From: a bacterium
GTDB taxonomy: Bacteria; Patescibacteriota; CPR2; UBA1875; JAJYID01
Direction of reading: 5' to 3'
NCBI GenBank assembly: GCA_030647205.1
Contig: JAUSJO010000005.1
Coordinates: 10,523 to 74,522 of the forward strand
DNA length: 64,000 bases
This document shows, piece after piece, positions 40,739 to 50,563 of this stretch. The notes under the pieces are model-generated. The model made no database searches and was not told the DNA's origin. It saw only the letters and a program-made list of their open reading frames with translations. Numbering within the stretch: position 1 is the first letter of the stretch; each line of letters begins with the position of its first letter. Made by a program: the position numbers and the translations under genes.

Positions 40739-41949
40739 ATAACTTAATGCATCAACACCTGCATCAGAGGGGCAGGAACAAGGAGCTGAATGAAATGTAT
40801 CTTTCGATGACTCTTCGAACTTTCGGATTGTCGTTGATTGCTATTTTTATCCCAATCTATCTCTATAATCTAGGATTTTCCTTAAGGGACATTCTCTTAT
40901 ATTACATAATGACAAACTTTTTTCAGATTTTCGGTGACTTTTTTGCCGGGAAAGCGATCGGCAGGTTTGGAGCAAAACATGTCATGATCTTAAGTTATCC
41001 GGTACTCCTCATACATCTTTCGATGCTTGTGACACTTAGTACTTACCATTGGCCACTTTGGCTTTTAGCTATTCCCGGTGCCTTGTCTTTAAATCTTTTT
41101 TGGCCGGCTTATCATGACGATTTTTCTAAGGCAAAAGACAAAAAATCAACCGGCAAACAGGTAGGAAAACTTCTGATACTTATTGAATCGGTTGGTGCAC
41201 TTGGCCCCATCACAGGAGGTATAGTTGCTCAAACATTTGGGGTAAAGTATGGCATTATCACTGCAATGATCATTGCTATGGCTGCGGTTATTCCGCTTTT
41301 AGGCAAAAAAGAAATTACAAAAAAGCGACCGCTTGATTTAAAGAAATTTTTGATAAGGGAAAACTATAAAGACATGATTGCTTATGGAGGCATAAGTATG
41401 GAAGGCATGGCTATCTCTGTTGCTTGGCCGCTTCTCCTTTTCTTTGTAATCGGAAACTATGCGCGTATTGGCTCTATCGCAACCATTTCTCTTCTTGTGA
41501 CGATTGCACTGTCTATATTTATAGGTAAAGCGGTGGATAAATATAAAAAAGAGAATGTTCTGAGGGTTTCGAGTGTTATCAACTTCTTCACTTCTTTCTC
41601 CAGGGTCTTAGTAAGCAGCATAAACTCAGCATATATTATCGGTATAATCTCTTCGCTATCGCATATAGTTCTCTGGGTGCCTTTTTTCTCACAGTACTAC
41701 CTCCATGCCGATAGAAGCCCGAGAACCGAATATATTGTAGAAATGGAGATGTCTGTTGATGTTTTCCGTATGTTGAGTCTGGCTGTTCTATTCGCTTGCA
41801 CGTATTTCTTTGATGTTAAAACTACGTTGATTACAGGGATAGTTATAGGCGCCATTGGCACGTTACTTACAATGCTGATTACAAGTTCCACTAAGAAACA
41901 GGCTAAAGAAATTCGGGTTCAAAGAGAGGTCGCAAAGGTTAGGCCGTGA
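40735..41949 (+). CDS. MFS transporter, paralog 2
   Basis: Same length and collinear similarity to upstream gene (AYHDDFSKAK, VQREVA). Confidence 0.85.
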   Translation: MNNLMHQHLHQRGRNKELNEMYLSMTLRTFGLSLIAIFIPIYLYNLGFSLRDILLYYIMTNFFQIFGDFFAGKAIGRFGAKHVMILSYPVLLIHLSMLVTLSTYHWPLWLLAIPGALSLNLFWPAYHDDFSKAKDKKSTGKQVGKLLILIESVGALGPITGGIVAQTFGVKYGIITAMIIAMAAVIPLLGKKEITKKRPLDLKKFLIRENYKDMIAYGGISMEGMAISVAWPLLLFFVIGNYARIGSIATISLLVTIALSIFIGKAVDKYKKENVLRVSSVINFFTSFSRVLVSSINSAYIIGIISSLSHIVLWVPFFSQYYLHADRSPRTEYIVEMEMSVDVFRMLSLAVLFACTYFFDVKTTLITGIVIGAIGTLLTMLITSSTKKQAKEIRVQREVAKVRP

Positions 41950-42704
41950 TAGATACGCACGCACATCTCAATTTCTACCATTTTCAAAATGATATTGATG
42001 AAGTCATTGAAAAATCTTTTGCAAAAGGCCTAGAAGATATTATTTTAGTCGGAACAAATGTTGAGACTAGTAAAATAGCGGTGGAAATGGCGGAAAAAAA
42101 TGAGAAGCTTTTTGCTACGGTCGGAGTTCATCCGCAGGAGATTGATGAAGCAAAAGAATTTCCCAAGATAGAAGCACTCGCCAATAATAAGAATGTCGTT
42201 GCAATAGGAGAAACGGGGCTGGACTACTACAGGTTAGGTGAAAATCTGGAGGAGGGGAAAAGAGCTCAGAAAGAGCTTCTCTTGAGTCATATCAAGTTGG
42301 CGAAAGATAGGGATCTTCCATTAATTTTCCATAATCGGGATAGTCATGAAGACTTTTACCAAATCGTTAAAGACAAAGATGTAAGAGGCGTCATCCATTG
42401 TTATACTGGTAATGTAGATTTTGCCAAGAAGATACTAGATTTGGGGTTCATGATATCTTTTACCGGCATTATTACTTTTGACAGAGGCGAGAATCTTATT
42501 GAAGTGATAAAGAAAGTTCCACTTGAAAAAATCATGGTGGAAACGGATGCTCCTTATTTATCCCCGGTTCCGTACAGGGGCAAGAGATGCGAGCCCTGGA
42601 TGGTGAAGGAAGTTATTCAGAAAATTGCCGATATCAAGGAATTGACTTTTCGTGAGGTGGAAGAAAAAACTTCTTCTAACGCAAAAGTTTTTTTTGGGAT
42701 ATAA
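41946..42704 (+). CDS. tatD: TatD-family hydrolase
   Basis: IDTHAHL, GVHP, AIGETGLDY, HCY, ETDAPYL. Confidence 0.95.
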   Translation: MIDTHAHLNFYHFQNDIDEVIEKSFAKGLEDIILVGTNVETSKIAVEMAEKNEKLFATVGVHPQEIDEAKEFPKIEALANNKNVVAIGETGLDYYRLGENLEEGKRAQKELLLSHIKLAKDRDLPLIFHNRDSHEDFYQIVKDKDVRGVIHCYTGNVDFAKKILDLGFMISFTGIITFDRGENLIEVIKKVPLEKIMVETDAPYLSPVPYRGKRCEPWMVKEVIQKIADIKELTFREVEEKTSSNAKVFFGI

Positions 42705-42738
42705 TCAAAGCATAAGAACAAAATAGAGGGAAATTATT

Positions 42739-44475
42739 ATGTTTAAAAAGTTTTTAGCGTTTACAATATTGTCTCTTTTTTCATCAGTTAGCATCGTTCA
42801 TGCTGATGGGATGGTTCTTCCTCGAGAGGGCAACTACTATACCCATGAAGCAGACCAAAAAGCTGCTATCTTCTTCAAAAATAACAGGGAGGATATGTAT
42901 CTATCGATTGGAACTAAGGGTAGCGCAAATGAATTTGCATGGATAGTGCCTACGCCTTCCAAGCCAGATGTCAACGAGGCTCCATCGGATCTATTCAACG
43001 ATCTTGATAAAAAAACTCAAAAAAAGGACAAGCTTTATGAGAAAATATTTAAATGGCTTGGGATAGACAGTGGCGGTTCTGGATATAGCGACGAAATTCC
43101 ATCTGGTAATGTTGATATTAGCGTAGGTACTAAATCTCAAAGCAGTACAGTTAGGGTTGTTGAGCAAAAATATAACCTGGGTATGTATGATACGGCAACC
43201 CTCAAATCTGAAAAAGCAGATGATCTATATGAGTGGCTAAAAGATAATAACTATAATGTTCCGGAAAACGGTACATCAATTTTGGAAGAATATATTTCAA
43301 AGGGCTGGTATTTTGTAGCAATGAAAATATCTGATGATTATAAAACTGATAAGGTGCGGTCGGAGATACTTTCGAGCAATGTAAGGCCAATCAAACTTAG
43401 TTTTGACAGTAGCAAAATGACTTTTCCGCTAAAGATATCGTCTATTGAGGCTAGCACTGGAAATAACACTCTTACAGAGATCGAAAATAAGATTTTTTCA
43501 GAGATGTCTCTTCCGCCGGAAACGACGGTTGCTTCTAACCGATTGATTTCAGCGGGGATAGAGCAAAGTAAAATCACCGAATGGAAGAGTATGTATCAAG
43601 AGTATTTACAAACAAAGGATCCAAAGATCATAAAGGATGATATCCATAAGACAGTTTCTGGTCTCGCTGCTTATGGAATAGAAAGGCTGAAAATAGCCTA
43701 TGGAACCTCATATCAATCCAACTATGATCAGGTCAGTATTTTGTTGTATGTATTTACTAATAATAGGGTCGATGCGGATAACTATAACGCGACCACTCAG
43801 TATGCATCAAAGATGTCGGAGAGGGCAATAAAGAAAATATCGGTAGACCAAAACTGGACAACCCCAGCAGGAGGCTTTTATCTGACTAAGCTCAGGATAT
43901 CATTGGCGAAACAAGGCATGACGAAAGATTTGCTCTTTAAGACTGCGATGGACCAAAAGTCTGTGAATACCGGATCAATGACCATTTTTGAATGGATTCT
44001 CACTTTACTTCTTATATTATCACTGCTTTTATATGCCCCGTTCATTTTATTCGTTAAAATTGCTCCTTGGTTTTTAATCTTGCTCTATGTGGCCTACCTT
44101 GTTACATTTATTTCTTTGCTTGTTAGGCAGTTTATGTCCGCCAAAAGTATTAGCCGTAAGATGCTTATAGTCGAGAGCCATCTCCTAAGTATTATATATT
44201 TCCCAATTGTGGCAATCGTTGGCTTGTCAATATACGCTCAGTTTGACTCTTATGCAGATACTAGCCAGCCATTTATATTTATTATCCCGGCACTTGCCAG
44301 TTTAGTTTTTAGTTTGATTACTGTATTCTTATTACGCACGCTTCAGCTAAGGGTTCTTAGAAAGAGAGAAGAGGGCAGCCAAAACCTTTTAAAGCAAGGA
44401 GAGCTGGAAGCGAAAATAAAAAAACTAGAAGAAGAAACAGAAGTTTTAAGAAGTAAATTAGATAAAAAAAATTAA
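42739..44475 (+). CDS. DUF2330-like exported domain with C-terminal multi-TM anchor
   Basis: Signal peptide; QKA.I, FAWIVPTP, WL..N.Y, Y...GW.FVAMK; four C-terminal TM segments and coiled tail. Confidence 0.75.
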   Translation: MFKKFLAFTILSLFSSVSIVHADGMVLPREGNYYTHEADQKAAIFFKNNREDMYLSIGTKGSANEFAWIVPTPSKPDVNEAPSDLFNDLDKKTQKKDKLYEKIFKWLGIDSGGSGYSDEIPSGNVDISVGTKSQSSTVRVVEQKYNLGMYDTATLKSEKADDLYEWLKDNNYNVPENGTSILEEYISKGWYFVAMKISDDYKTDKVRSEILSSNVRPIKLSFDSSKMTFPLKISSIEASTGNNTLTEIENKIFSEMSLPPETTVASNRLISAGIEQSKITEWKSMYQEYLQTKDPKIIKDDIHKTVSGLAAYGIERLKIAYGTSYQSNYDQVSILLYVFTNNRVDADNYNATTQYASKMSERAIKKISVDQNWTTPAGGFYLTKLRISLAKQGMTKDLLFKTAMDQKSVNTGSMTIFEWILTLLLILSLLLYAPFILFVKIAPWFLILLYVAYLVTFISLLVRQFMSAKSISRKMLIVESHLLSIIYFPIVAIVGLSIYAQFDSYADTSQPFIFIIPALASLVFSLITVFLLRTLQLRVLRKREEGSQNLLKQGELEAKIKKLEEETEVLRSKLDKKN

Positions 44476-44498
44476 AACCTTTTTGAGGGAGGCATATC

Positions 44499-45569
44499 AT
44501 GGCGAAGAAAAAAGAAGAAAAGCCTGAAGAGGCTAAGGAAGAAAAATCAGAGAATATCGTAGAGGAAGAAAAATCCGAAGAAAAAGTCAAAGAAAAAGAC
44601 TATAACAGTATTTTTGACGATGACTATGATCCGGATAACGATAAAGATTCCGGTGATGAAGAAAATATTGAAGAAGATCCAAAATCCGATGAGGTAGAAG
44701 CTGAAACTGAGCCTGAAGAAGAAGTGGTAGAAGAGGAACCGGAAGCTGAGGAAGAGGATGAAGTTGTACCAGAAGTAAAAGAAGAAAAGCCTCAAAAACA
44801 AGAGAAAAAGACCATTAAAAAGAAGTCAAAAGGATCTTCAAAGAAAAAGATTTTGATAGCTCTCGCAATACTTTTAGCACTACTTCTTGGTGCTTTTGGC
44901 GGTTATCTCTATTTTAAAAGTTCAAACAAACCAAAAGAGGAGTCAAAACCAGTCGAAACGACAACAACAACTCCGCCGGAAACCAAGGCACCGGAAAAAA
45001 CTGTTTATATTACAGCAGACGGTGGTCTTAATATGCGCGAAGACACAAGTTCAAGTTCCAAATCTTTGGCCGTAATACCAAATGGTACGAAGCTAACCGT
45101 TTTAGAAGAGAAAGATGGTTGGTATAAGGTAGAGTATAACGGGCAAACCGGCTGGGTTTCAAAGGATTTTGTGTCAGAAACAAAACCAGCTGATATGAAA
45201 ACGTATACAGGCACCGGACAGGTAGCTGAAAATCCGAAGTTTTCGGTAAAATATCCATCTGACTGGACTATAGATGACTACAAAATCAGTAAAACAGATG
45301 GCGGGAAAACTTATGCAATAGTTCTCGGTGCAGGCGGACATGGTGGTAATGATGATCCGGCTATCGTAAACACTCAAGAAGATGTAACGGTAAATGGTGT
45401 AGCAGGAAAGAAAAGTATATCTAAAAAGGATGGTAAAATAGTAGCTATTTACACGCAATTTTTGAAGGGAGACGGATATATCAATATTGAGTTCAGCCCG
45501 CCGGCTGGCTATGAGGAAGCATATATTGATATCTATAACAAAATAGTCGAGACATTCAAGTTTCTCTAA
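44499..45569 (+). CDS. Membrane-anchored SH3b protein with highly acidic N-terminus and PsbP-like C-terminus
   Basis: E/D-rich first 100 aa; TM; GLNMR..GWYKV.YNGQTGWVS; FSVKYPSDW. Confidence 0.8.
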   Translation: MAKKKEEKPEEAKEEKSENIVEEEKSEEKVKEKDYNSIFDDDYDPDNDKDSGDEENIEEDPKSDEVEAETEPEEEVVEEEPEAEEEDEVVPEVKEEKPQKQEKKTIKKKSKGSSKKKILIALAILLALLLGAFGGYLYFKSSNKPKEESKPVETTTTTPPETKAPEKTVYITADGGLNMREDTSSSSKSLAVIPNGTKLTVLEEKDGWYKVEYNGQTGWVSKDFVSETKPADMKTYTGTGQVAENPKFSVKYPSDWTIDDYKISKTDGGKTYAIVLGAGGHGGNDDPAIVNTQEDVTVNGVAGKKSISKKDGKIVAIYTQFLKGDGYINIEFSPPAGYEEAYIDIYNKIVETFKFL

Positions 45570-45587
45570 AAGGTCAGGAGGGTAAAA

Positions 45588-46976
45588 GTGGAAAATGAAA
45601 ATCAACCGCAGCCAAATATTGATGGTATAAGGCCAAACATCGTGCAACCAAGTGGTAGTAGTCCGGCTCCTCAACAAGAGCCTGTTTCCAGTCCGCAGGG
45701 TTTGTTTCAAGAGCCGGAGTTCAAAAAACCGCAAAAATCTTCAAAGAAAAGGATAATAATTCTAGCTGTTACCTTGGCAGCCTTGATTATTGGCGGCGGT
45801 ACGGTATTGGGGATCTGGTCTTATCTTGGTAATCAGGCAAAAATGAAAAAAACCGAGACAAAAACGGCAACCCAAAGTGAAAAACCAAAGGAAGCTGCCA
45901 CAGTGGTTAGCGGCAGATTGAAGGATTATATCTATACAGTCAAAGAACAAAATGTGGCAAACAGTAGTGGCGTTTTCGAAAAAACAATTACAAAAATAGG
46001 CGCGTATGATAGTAAGGATGGCCATTTAGTAAAGGAGTTTGCCTATGAAAGTAAGCTTGGTAATGGTGAAAACAAGGAAACCATAGACAACTTTCAAGTA
46101 GTTGGGAATAACCTTTATGCTAGGTCATCGGTTGTCAAAATCCCGGGGCAAAGGGTGTATCTTGGGATTATAAAGTTTGATGGTAAGGAGAGGAAAGAGG
46201 TAGTTAAGTTTAGTCAAACTGATAGTCTAGATCGTTTTAGAGTTTCCCCTGATGAGAAATATATTGCATGGGGGTCTTTCGCAACCGGTGCGGACGGTAT
46301 GATGACCTTAAACCTGTCCGACATCAACGGAACACTGATAAAAAAACTGAGGCAAGTATCAGGAGGCAGTACGGTGAACTATAGCAGTTTAAACCCATTC
46401 TATTGGTCCAGTGACGGTAAAAATATCTATTACATAGAACAAGGTGGCGGAAGAGGCGGGTATGTGCTGTTTGGAAACTCATATACTGATGTAGTTTCAA
46501 AGATCAATATTGAAAGCGGCAGCGAGATAGTTTTCAACAGCAATAAGGATATTGGGTATGACAATATAGACTCTTTGGAAAACTTGTATTTCAAGAAGGA
46601 TGATCGAGCCGCAGATAGTGGCGCAATAATCATAAAGAATAAATCCGGGGATCTGGTCAAAGAAGTACCGATCACAAAATATTGGCCCAACCAAAGATCT
46701 GGCAACTTTGTCAGAAATGGTGACGAAATCTATTTCGCTGTTGCGAAGGGTAACCCTGATAATGAAGAGTTCAAGCTGATCAAGCATGATTTGAAAACAA
46801 GCAAAGATGAAGAGATGACGGATGTTAAGGGGTTCTATTTTCCTCAGTTCATGTATGACGAGTCTAACCTATTAATAACGAAAATGAACTCATTGGTACT
46901 CTTTAATGTAAGGGAGAAGAAAGAGAAGAAGCTGCTAGAGTGGACCGCCGAAGATGCATTGACCATATTGAACTAA
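45588..46976 (+). CDS. Membrane-anchored beta-propeller-like (TolB-like) hypothetical protein
   Basis: P/Q-rich N-terminus, TM, VSPDEKYIAW and WSSDGKNIYY repeats. Confidence 0.7.
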   Translation: MENENQPQPNIDGIRPNIVQPSGSSPAPQQEPVSSPQGLFQEPEFKKPQKSSKKRIIILAVTLAALIIGGGTVLGIWSYLGNQAKMKKTETKTATQSEKPKEAATVVSGRLKDYIYTVKEQNVANSSGVFEKTITKIGAYDSKDGHLVKEFAYESKLGNGENKETIDNFQVVGNNLYARSSVVKIPGQRVYLGIIKFDGKERKEVVKFSQTDSLDRFRVSPDEKYIAWGSFATGADGMMTLNLSDINGTLIKKLRQVSGGSTVNYSSLNPFYWSSDGKNIYYIEQGGGRGGYVLFGNSYTDVVSKINIESGSEIVFNSNKDIGYDNIDSLENLYFKKDDRAADSGAIIIKNKSGDLVKEVPITKYWPNQRSGNFVRNGDEIYFAVAKGNPDNEEFKLIKHDLKTSKDEEMTDVKGFYFPQFMYDESNLLITKMNSLVLFNVREKKEKKLLEWTAEDALTILN

Positions 46977-46981
46977 AATTG

Positions 46982-47031
46982 TTGACAAAAGTTAGATAAA
47001 AAGTTACCCTAGATGTAGGGTAACTTTTTAT
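46982..47031 (+). promoter_or_regulatory. Promoter with overlapping 16-bp-arm palindrome (operator and/or terminator)
   Basis: TTGACA-17nt-TACCCT; ATAAAAAGTTACCCTA-GATG-TAGGGTAACTTTTTAT at 46996-47031. Confidence 0.65.
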
Positions 47032-47042
47032 TTGGAGAAAAT

Positions 47043-47258
47043 ATGAAAGAAAAATTTATTACAACAAATGAACTGGCAAATGATGCCTCAAAGATTCTAA
47101 AAGGTCTAAAAAAGGGTGAAGGTGTGGTAGTCCTTAGGTACTCTGATCCTGTTGGGGTTCTTATTTCCTATGATGACTATAAAAAACTGATGAACCTTGA
47201 GTCAGATTTTGTTTCAGAATGCAAAACCTGTTTGGGAACTATAAGGAGGAAGGCATAA
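47043..47258 (+). CDS. Phd/YefM-fold protein with C-terminal CxxC; no adjacent toxin
   Basis: IT..EL....SKIL...VVVLR...PVGVLISYDDY; ECKTC; TAATG overlap with iscS. Confidence 0.75.
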   Translation: MKEKFITTNELANDASKILKGLKKGEGVVVLRYSDPVGVLISYDDYKKLMNLESDFVSECKTCLGTIRRKA

Positions 47259-48430
47259 TGATATATCTTGATAATGCTGCTACCACACCGGTTAGCGGCT
47301 CAGTTTTAGATGCTATGAAACCGTATTTCAGTGAGAAATACGGTAATCCTTCCAGTATTTATAAAGTCGGTCAGGAGGCAAGGTCAGCACTTGAGCATGC
47401 GCGAGAAGAGGCAGCAAAGCTGCTTGGGGCGAGTCCGAAAGAAATTATCTTTACGTCAGGTGCTACAGAGTCAAACAACCTTGCTTTAAAAGGTGTAGCT
47501 TTTTATTGGTCGCAAGTTTTAGATGTTAAGCCTCATATCATAGTCAGTTCTATCGAGCATCACTCTGTTTTGGATGTGGCCGAGTATTTAGAAAAGAACT
47601 TTGGATTTGAAATAACGAAATTGCCAGTTTCAGAAGAGGGAATAGTAGACCCAAAAGAATTGGAAAAATCAATCAGGGAAAATACGGCGTTAGTTTCTAT
47701 AATGTACGGGAACAATGAAATTGGCTCTATCCAGCCGATCGGAGAATTGTCGCAAATTGTCAGAAAAGCGAATGAAGGTCGGGAAAACAAGATTACGTTT
47801 CATACTGACGCAGTCCAGGCGTTTCAGTACCTCGATACTAATGTGAACGATTTGGATGTAGGTATGCTTTCCCTGACCGGTCACAAATTCTATGGACCAA
47901 AAGGAGTCGGGCTTCTTTATGTGAGAGACGGAGTGAAATTCCTACCGCAAACTCAAGGCGGTTCTCAAGAAAGAAAGAGAAGAGCCGGGACGGAAAATGT
48001 GCCATATATTGTCGGGATGGTCGAGGCGATGAAAAATGCAAATAAATCCGGGAAAGAAATATCGGTTTTAAGAGATTATTTAGTCGAGAGTATTACAAAG
48101 GAAATTCCGGACGTGGTTTTGACAGGGCCGAAAGACAACACAAAAAGATTGCCGCATATTGCCGGATTTATTTTCAAGAAAATAGAGGGAGAGTCGATCC
48201 TTATCAATCTAGATTTACTAGGTATCGCCGCTTCTAGCGGTTCGGCTTGCACATCGGGTAGTCTGGCATCATCGCATGTTTTAACTGCTATGGGTTATGA
48301 TGATTTGTTGGCTCACGGTTCCATCCGATTTAGCCTAGGAAAAATGAATTCGCGTGATGATGTAGATGAGCTAATGAAACATTTGCCACAAATTGTAGAA
48401 AAACTAAGAGGAATGAGCCCGATAAAATAA
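47258..48430 (+). CDS. iscS: Cysteine desulfurase (IscS/NifS)
   Basis: IYLDNAATT, FTSGATESNN, HTDAVQ, GHKFYGPKG, SSGSAC. Confidence 0.96.
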   Translation: MIYLDNAATTPVSGSVLDAMKPYFSEKYGNPSSIYKVGQEARSALEHAREEAAKLLGASPKEIIFTSGATESNNLALKGVAFYWSQVLDVKPHIIVSSIEHHSVLDVAEYLEKNFGFEITKLPVSEEGIVDPKELEKSIRENTALVSIMYGNNEIGSIQPIGELSQIVRKANEGRENKITFHTDAVQAFQYLDTNVNDLDVGMLSLTGHKFYGPKGVGLLYVRDGVKFLPQTQGGSQERKRRAGTENVPYIVGMVEAMKNANKSGKEISVLRDYLVESITKEIPDVVLTGPKDNTKRLPHIAGFIFKKIEGESILINLDLLGIAASSGSACTSGSLASSHVLTAMGYDDLLAHGSIRFSLGKMNSRDDVDELMKHLPQIVEKLRGMSPIK

Positions 48431-48440
48431 GGAGATAAAT

Positions 48441-48824
48441 ATGAGCGATATGTATTCAAAAGAAGTTATGGACCACTTTATGAACCCGAGGAATGTCGGA
48501 GAGATTAAAGATGCTAGCGGCGTGGGTGAAAAAGGCAACCCGACCTGCGGTGATATCATGAAAATGTATATCAAAGTCGGTAAAAAGGATGGTAAGGAGA
48601 TTATCGAGGATATTAAATTCCAAACTTTTGGCTGTGGTGCAGCAGTAGCAACATCAAGTATGATTACGGAAATGGTAAAGGGTAAAACTCTTGATGAAGC
48701 AGAGAAGATTACTAATGAGCAAGTCGCGAAAGCTCTTGGCGGACTTCCTCCCATCAAGATGCATTGTTCAAACTTAGCGGCAAATGCGCTTCATGATGCG
48801 ATTGAAAATTATAGGAAGAAGTAG
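48441..48824 (+). CDS. iscU: Fe-S scaffold IscU/NifU-like
   Basis: DHFMNPRNVG, GNPTCGD, FGCG, KMHCS. Confidence 0.95.
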   Translation: MSDMYSKEVMDHFMNPRNVGEIKDASGVGEKGNPTCGDIMKMYIKVGKKDGKEIIEDIKFQTFGCGAAVATSSMITEMVKGKTLDEAEKITNEQVAKALGGLPPIKMHCSNLAANALHDAIENYRKK

Positions 48825-48904
48825 AATTTTTCCAGGTTTCTTGTGTAGATTTTTGTTAAATAACCACTTTCAATAGGGTATAAACTTATGTTAATCTAGA
48901 GGAT

Positions 48905-49861
48905 ATGAATTGGGTTGATTTAGTCATTGTCTTGTTTGTCCTATATTTCCTGGTGATGGGGTATTTCCAGGGCTTTTTGCGTGGGACCATAGAACTTGTC
49001 GGACTTGTTATGTCTCTTCTTCTTGCTTGGAGGTTTTATCCTGGGATCACACAAACAGTCAGCGCTAAGTTCGGGTTCCCTCTTTCTATCGCTAAAATTA
49101 CCAGCTTTGCCCTTATCTGGTTTATTTTGTATCTGACTTACTACTTTGCTTCTTCATATGGTTACAAAAAAATACCTAAAAAAATAAAAGAATCAAAATA
49201 TAATCGTTTTGGCGGAGGTGCGCCGGCACTGGTGAAGGGGGTGGTGATGTCTGCCTTTTTGCTGATATTGATAATGGTTTTACCCATTCCTACTAAATAC
49301 CGCGAGGATATCTCAAACTCTAGGATAGGTGGTAATCTCGTAAAACATAGTGAGAATGTCGAGAATATCATGCAAAAAGAGTTTGGCGGAGCGGTTGATG
49401 AAACCCTCACTTTTTTGACGGTCAAGCAAGGTAGCGACGAAACGACAAATCTTGGTTTTAAATCAACAAAAACTTCTGTTGATGAAATGAGTGAAACAAG
49501 GATGCTTGATATGGTGAACGAAGAGCGCACATCCCGGGGGTTAAACGCACTTGTGATGGACAAAAAACTGCAGGAAGTCGCAAGGGATCACTCGAAGGAT
49601 ATGTTCGAGAACGGGTATTTTTCGCACACTTCTCTTGACGGTAAGTCGCCGTTTGACAGGATGCATGATGCAGGGATTACGTTTTTAGCTGCAGGAGAGA
49701 ATCTGGCTCTTGCCCCTAATGTAGACATTGCCCATAGTGGTCTTATGAACAGTCCCGGGCACAGAGCGAATATCTTAACGGGTGAGTTTAATAAAGTTGG
49801 CATAGGAGTAATAGACGGTGGGACATATGGCAAAATGTTCTCACAAGAGTTTACTGATTGA
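48905..49861 (+). CDS. CvpA-family membrane domain fused to CAP (SCP) domain
   Basis: MNWVD..G..GF CvpA start; VNEER, ARDHS.DM, GENLA, MNSPGHRANIL. Confidence 0.88.
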   Translation: MNWVDLVIVLFVLYFLVMGYFQGFLRGTIELVGLVMSLLLAWRFYPGITQTVSAKFGFPLSIAKITSFALIWFILYLTYYFASSYGYKKIPKKIKESKYNRFGGGAPALVKGVVMSAFLLILIMVLPIPTKYREDISNSRIGGNLVKHSENVENIMQKEFGGAVDETLTFLTVKQGSDETTNLGFKSTKTSVDEMSETRMLDMVNEERTSRGLNALVMDKKLQEVARDHSKDMFENGYFSHTSLDGKSPFDRMHDAGITFLAAGENLALAPNVDIAHSGLMNSPGHRANILTGEFNKVGIGVIDGGTYGKMFSQEFTD

Positions 49862-50445
49862 TGGGTATAAAGTGGATTAAAAAGCTGGTTAAGCTTGTCA
49901 TAGTTATTGTGGTTTTGGCGGTTATTTTTCTTTTTGGTGCGTCACTGTATCTGTCCCCACAGAGCAAGCTTGAAAAAGCCGATACAATAGTAGTGATTTC
50001 AGGAGGCGATACGGATGCAAGGATAAATGAGGGTGTGGCGCTATACATGGATGGTTTCTCTGATAGAATAATTTTTTCCGGGGCGGCGGCTGAGGGGGAT
50101 ATCTCAAATGCATCGGCAATGAAAAATATTGCGATGAGAAAAGGGGTTCCGGCAAAAGCTATTTTGATAGAAGAAGATTCCAAAACAACCGAAGAAAATG
50201 CCAAGGATGTGGCGAAAATCATAAATAGTAATGGATTTAAAAGCATGATCCTTGTTACATCTCCATACCATCAGAGAAGGGCATATGAGGCGTTCAGAGG
50301 CGCTCTAGGCAAAGACTTTAAGATTATCAACCATAGCGCTAAGGATAGTCAGTGGCGCAAGGCTGACTGGTGGAGTAACTCAGAAGCAAGATTTTTGACG
50401 ATCGGGGAAGTATTGAAAAATCTCTATGCGCTCGTGAATAAATAG
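49861..50445 (+). CDS. YdcF/DUF218-family protein
   Basis: IVVISGG, IIFSG, EEDSKTT.ENA, LVTSPYHQRRA. Confidence 0.9.
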   Translation: MGIKWIKKLVKLVIVIVVLAVIFLFGASLYLSPQSKLEKADTIVVISGGDTDARINEGVALYMDGFSDRIIFSGAAAEGDISNASAMKNIAMRKGVPAKAILIEEDSKTTEENAKDVAKIINSNGFKSMILVTSPYHQRRAYEAFRGALGKDFKIINHSAKDSQWRKADWWSNSEARFLTIGEVLKNLYALVNK

Positions 50446-50464
50446 ATTTGTTGCATTTGTATAC

Positions 50465-50493
50465 TTGAAAGCCAATTTCTTTGGCGATATAAT
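50465..50493 (+). promoter_or_regulatory. Sigma70 promoter for trxA-mnmA
   Basis: TTGAAA-17nt-TATAAT, with GCCAA-N5-TTGGC palindrome in the spacer. Confidence 0.65.
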
Positions 50494-50563
50494 GGATTTT
50501 GTCTTTAGGATTTTGGGGGCGAAAAATATTAAATAAAACCCTATACGGGGGAGAAGGAGCAAA

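Noticed and set aside
47043-47258. Complete type II toxin-antitoxin system
   Set aside because: No toxin ORF on either side; the next gene is iscS.
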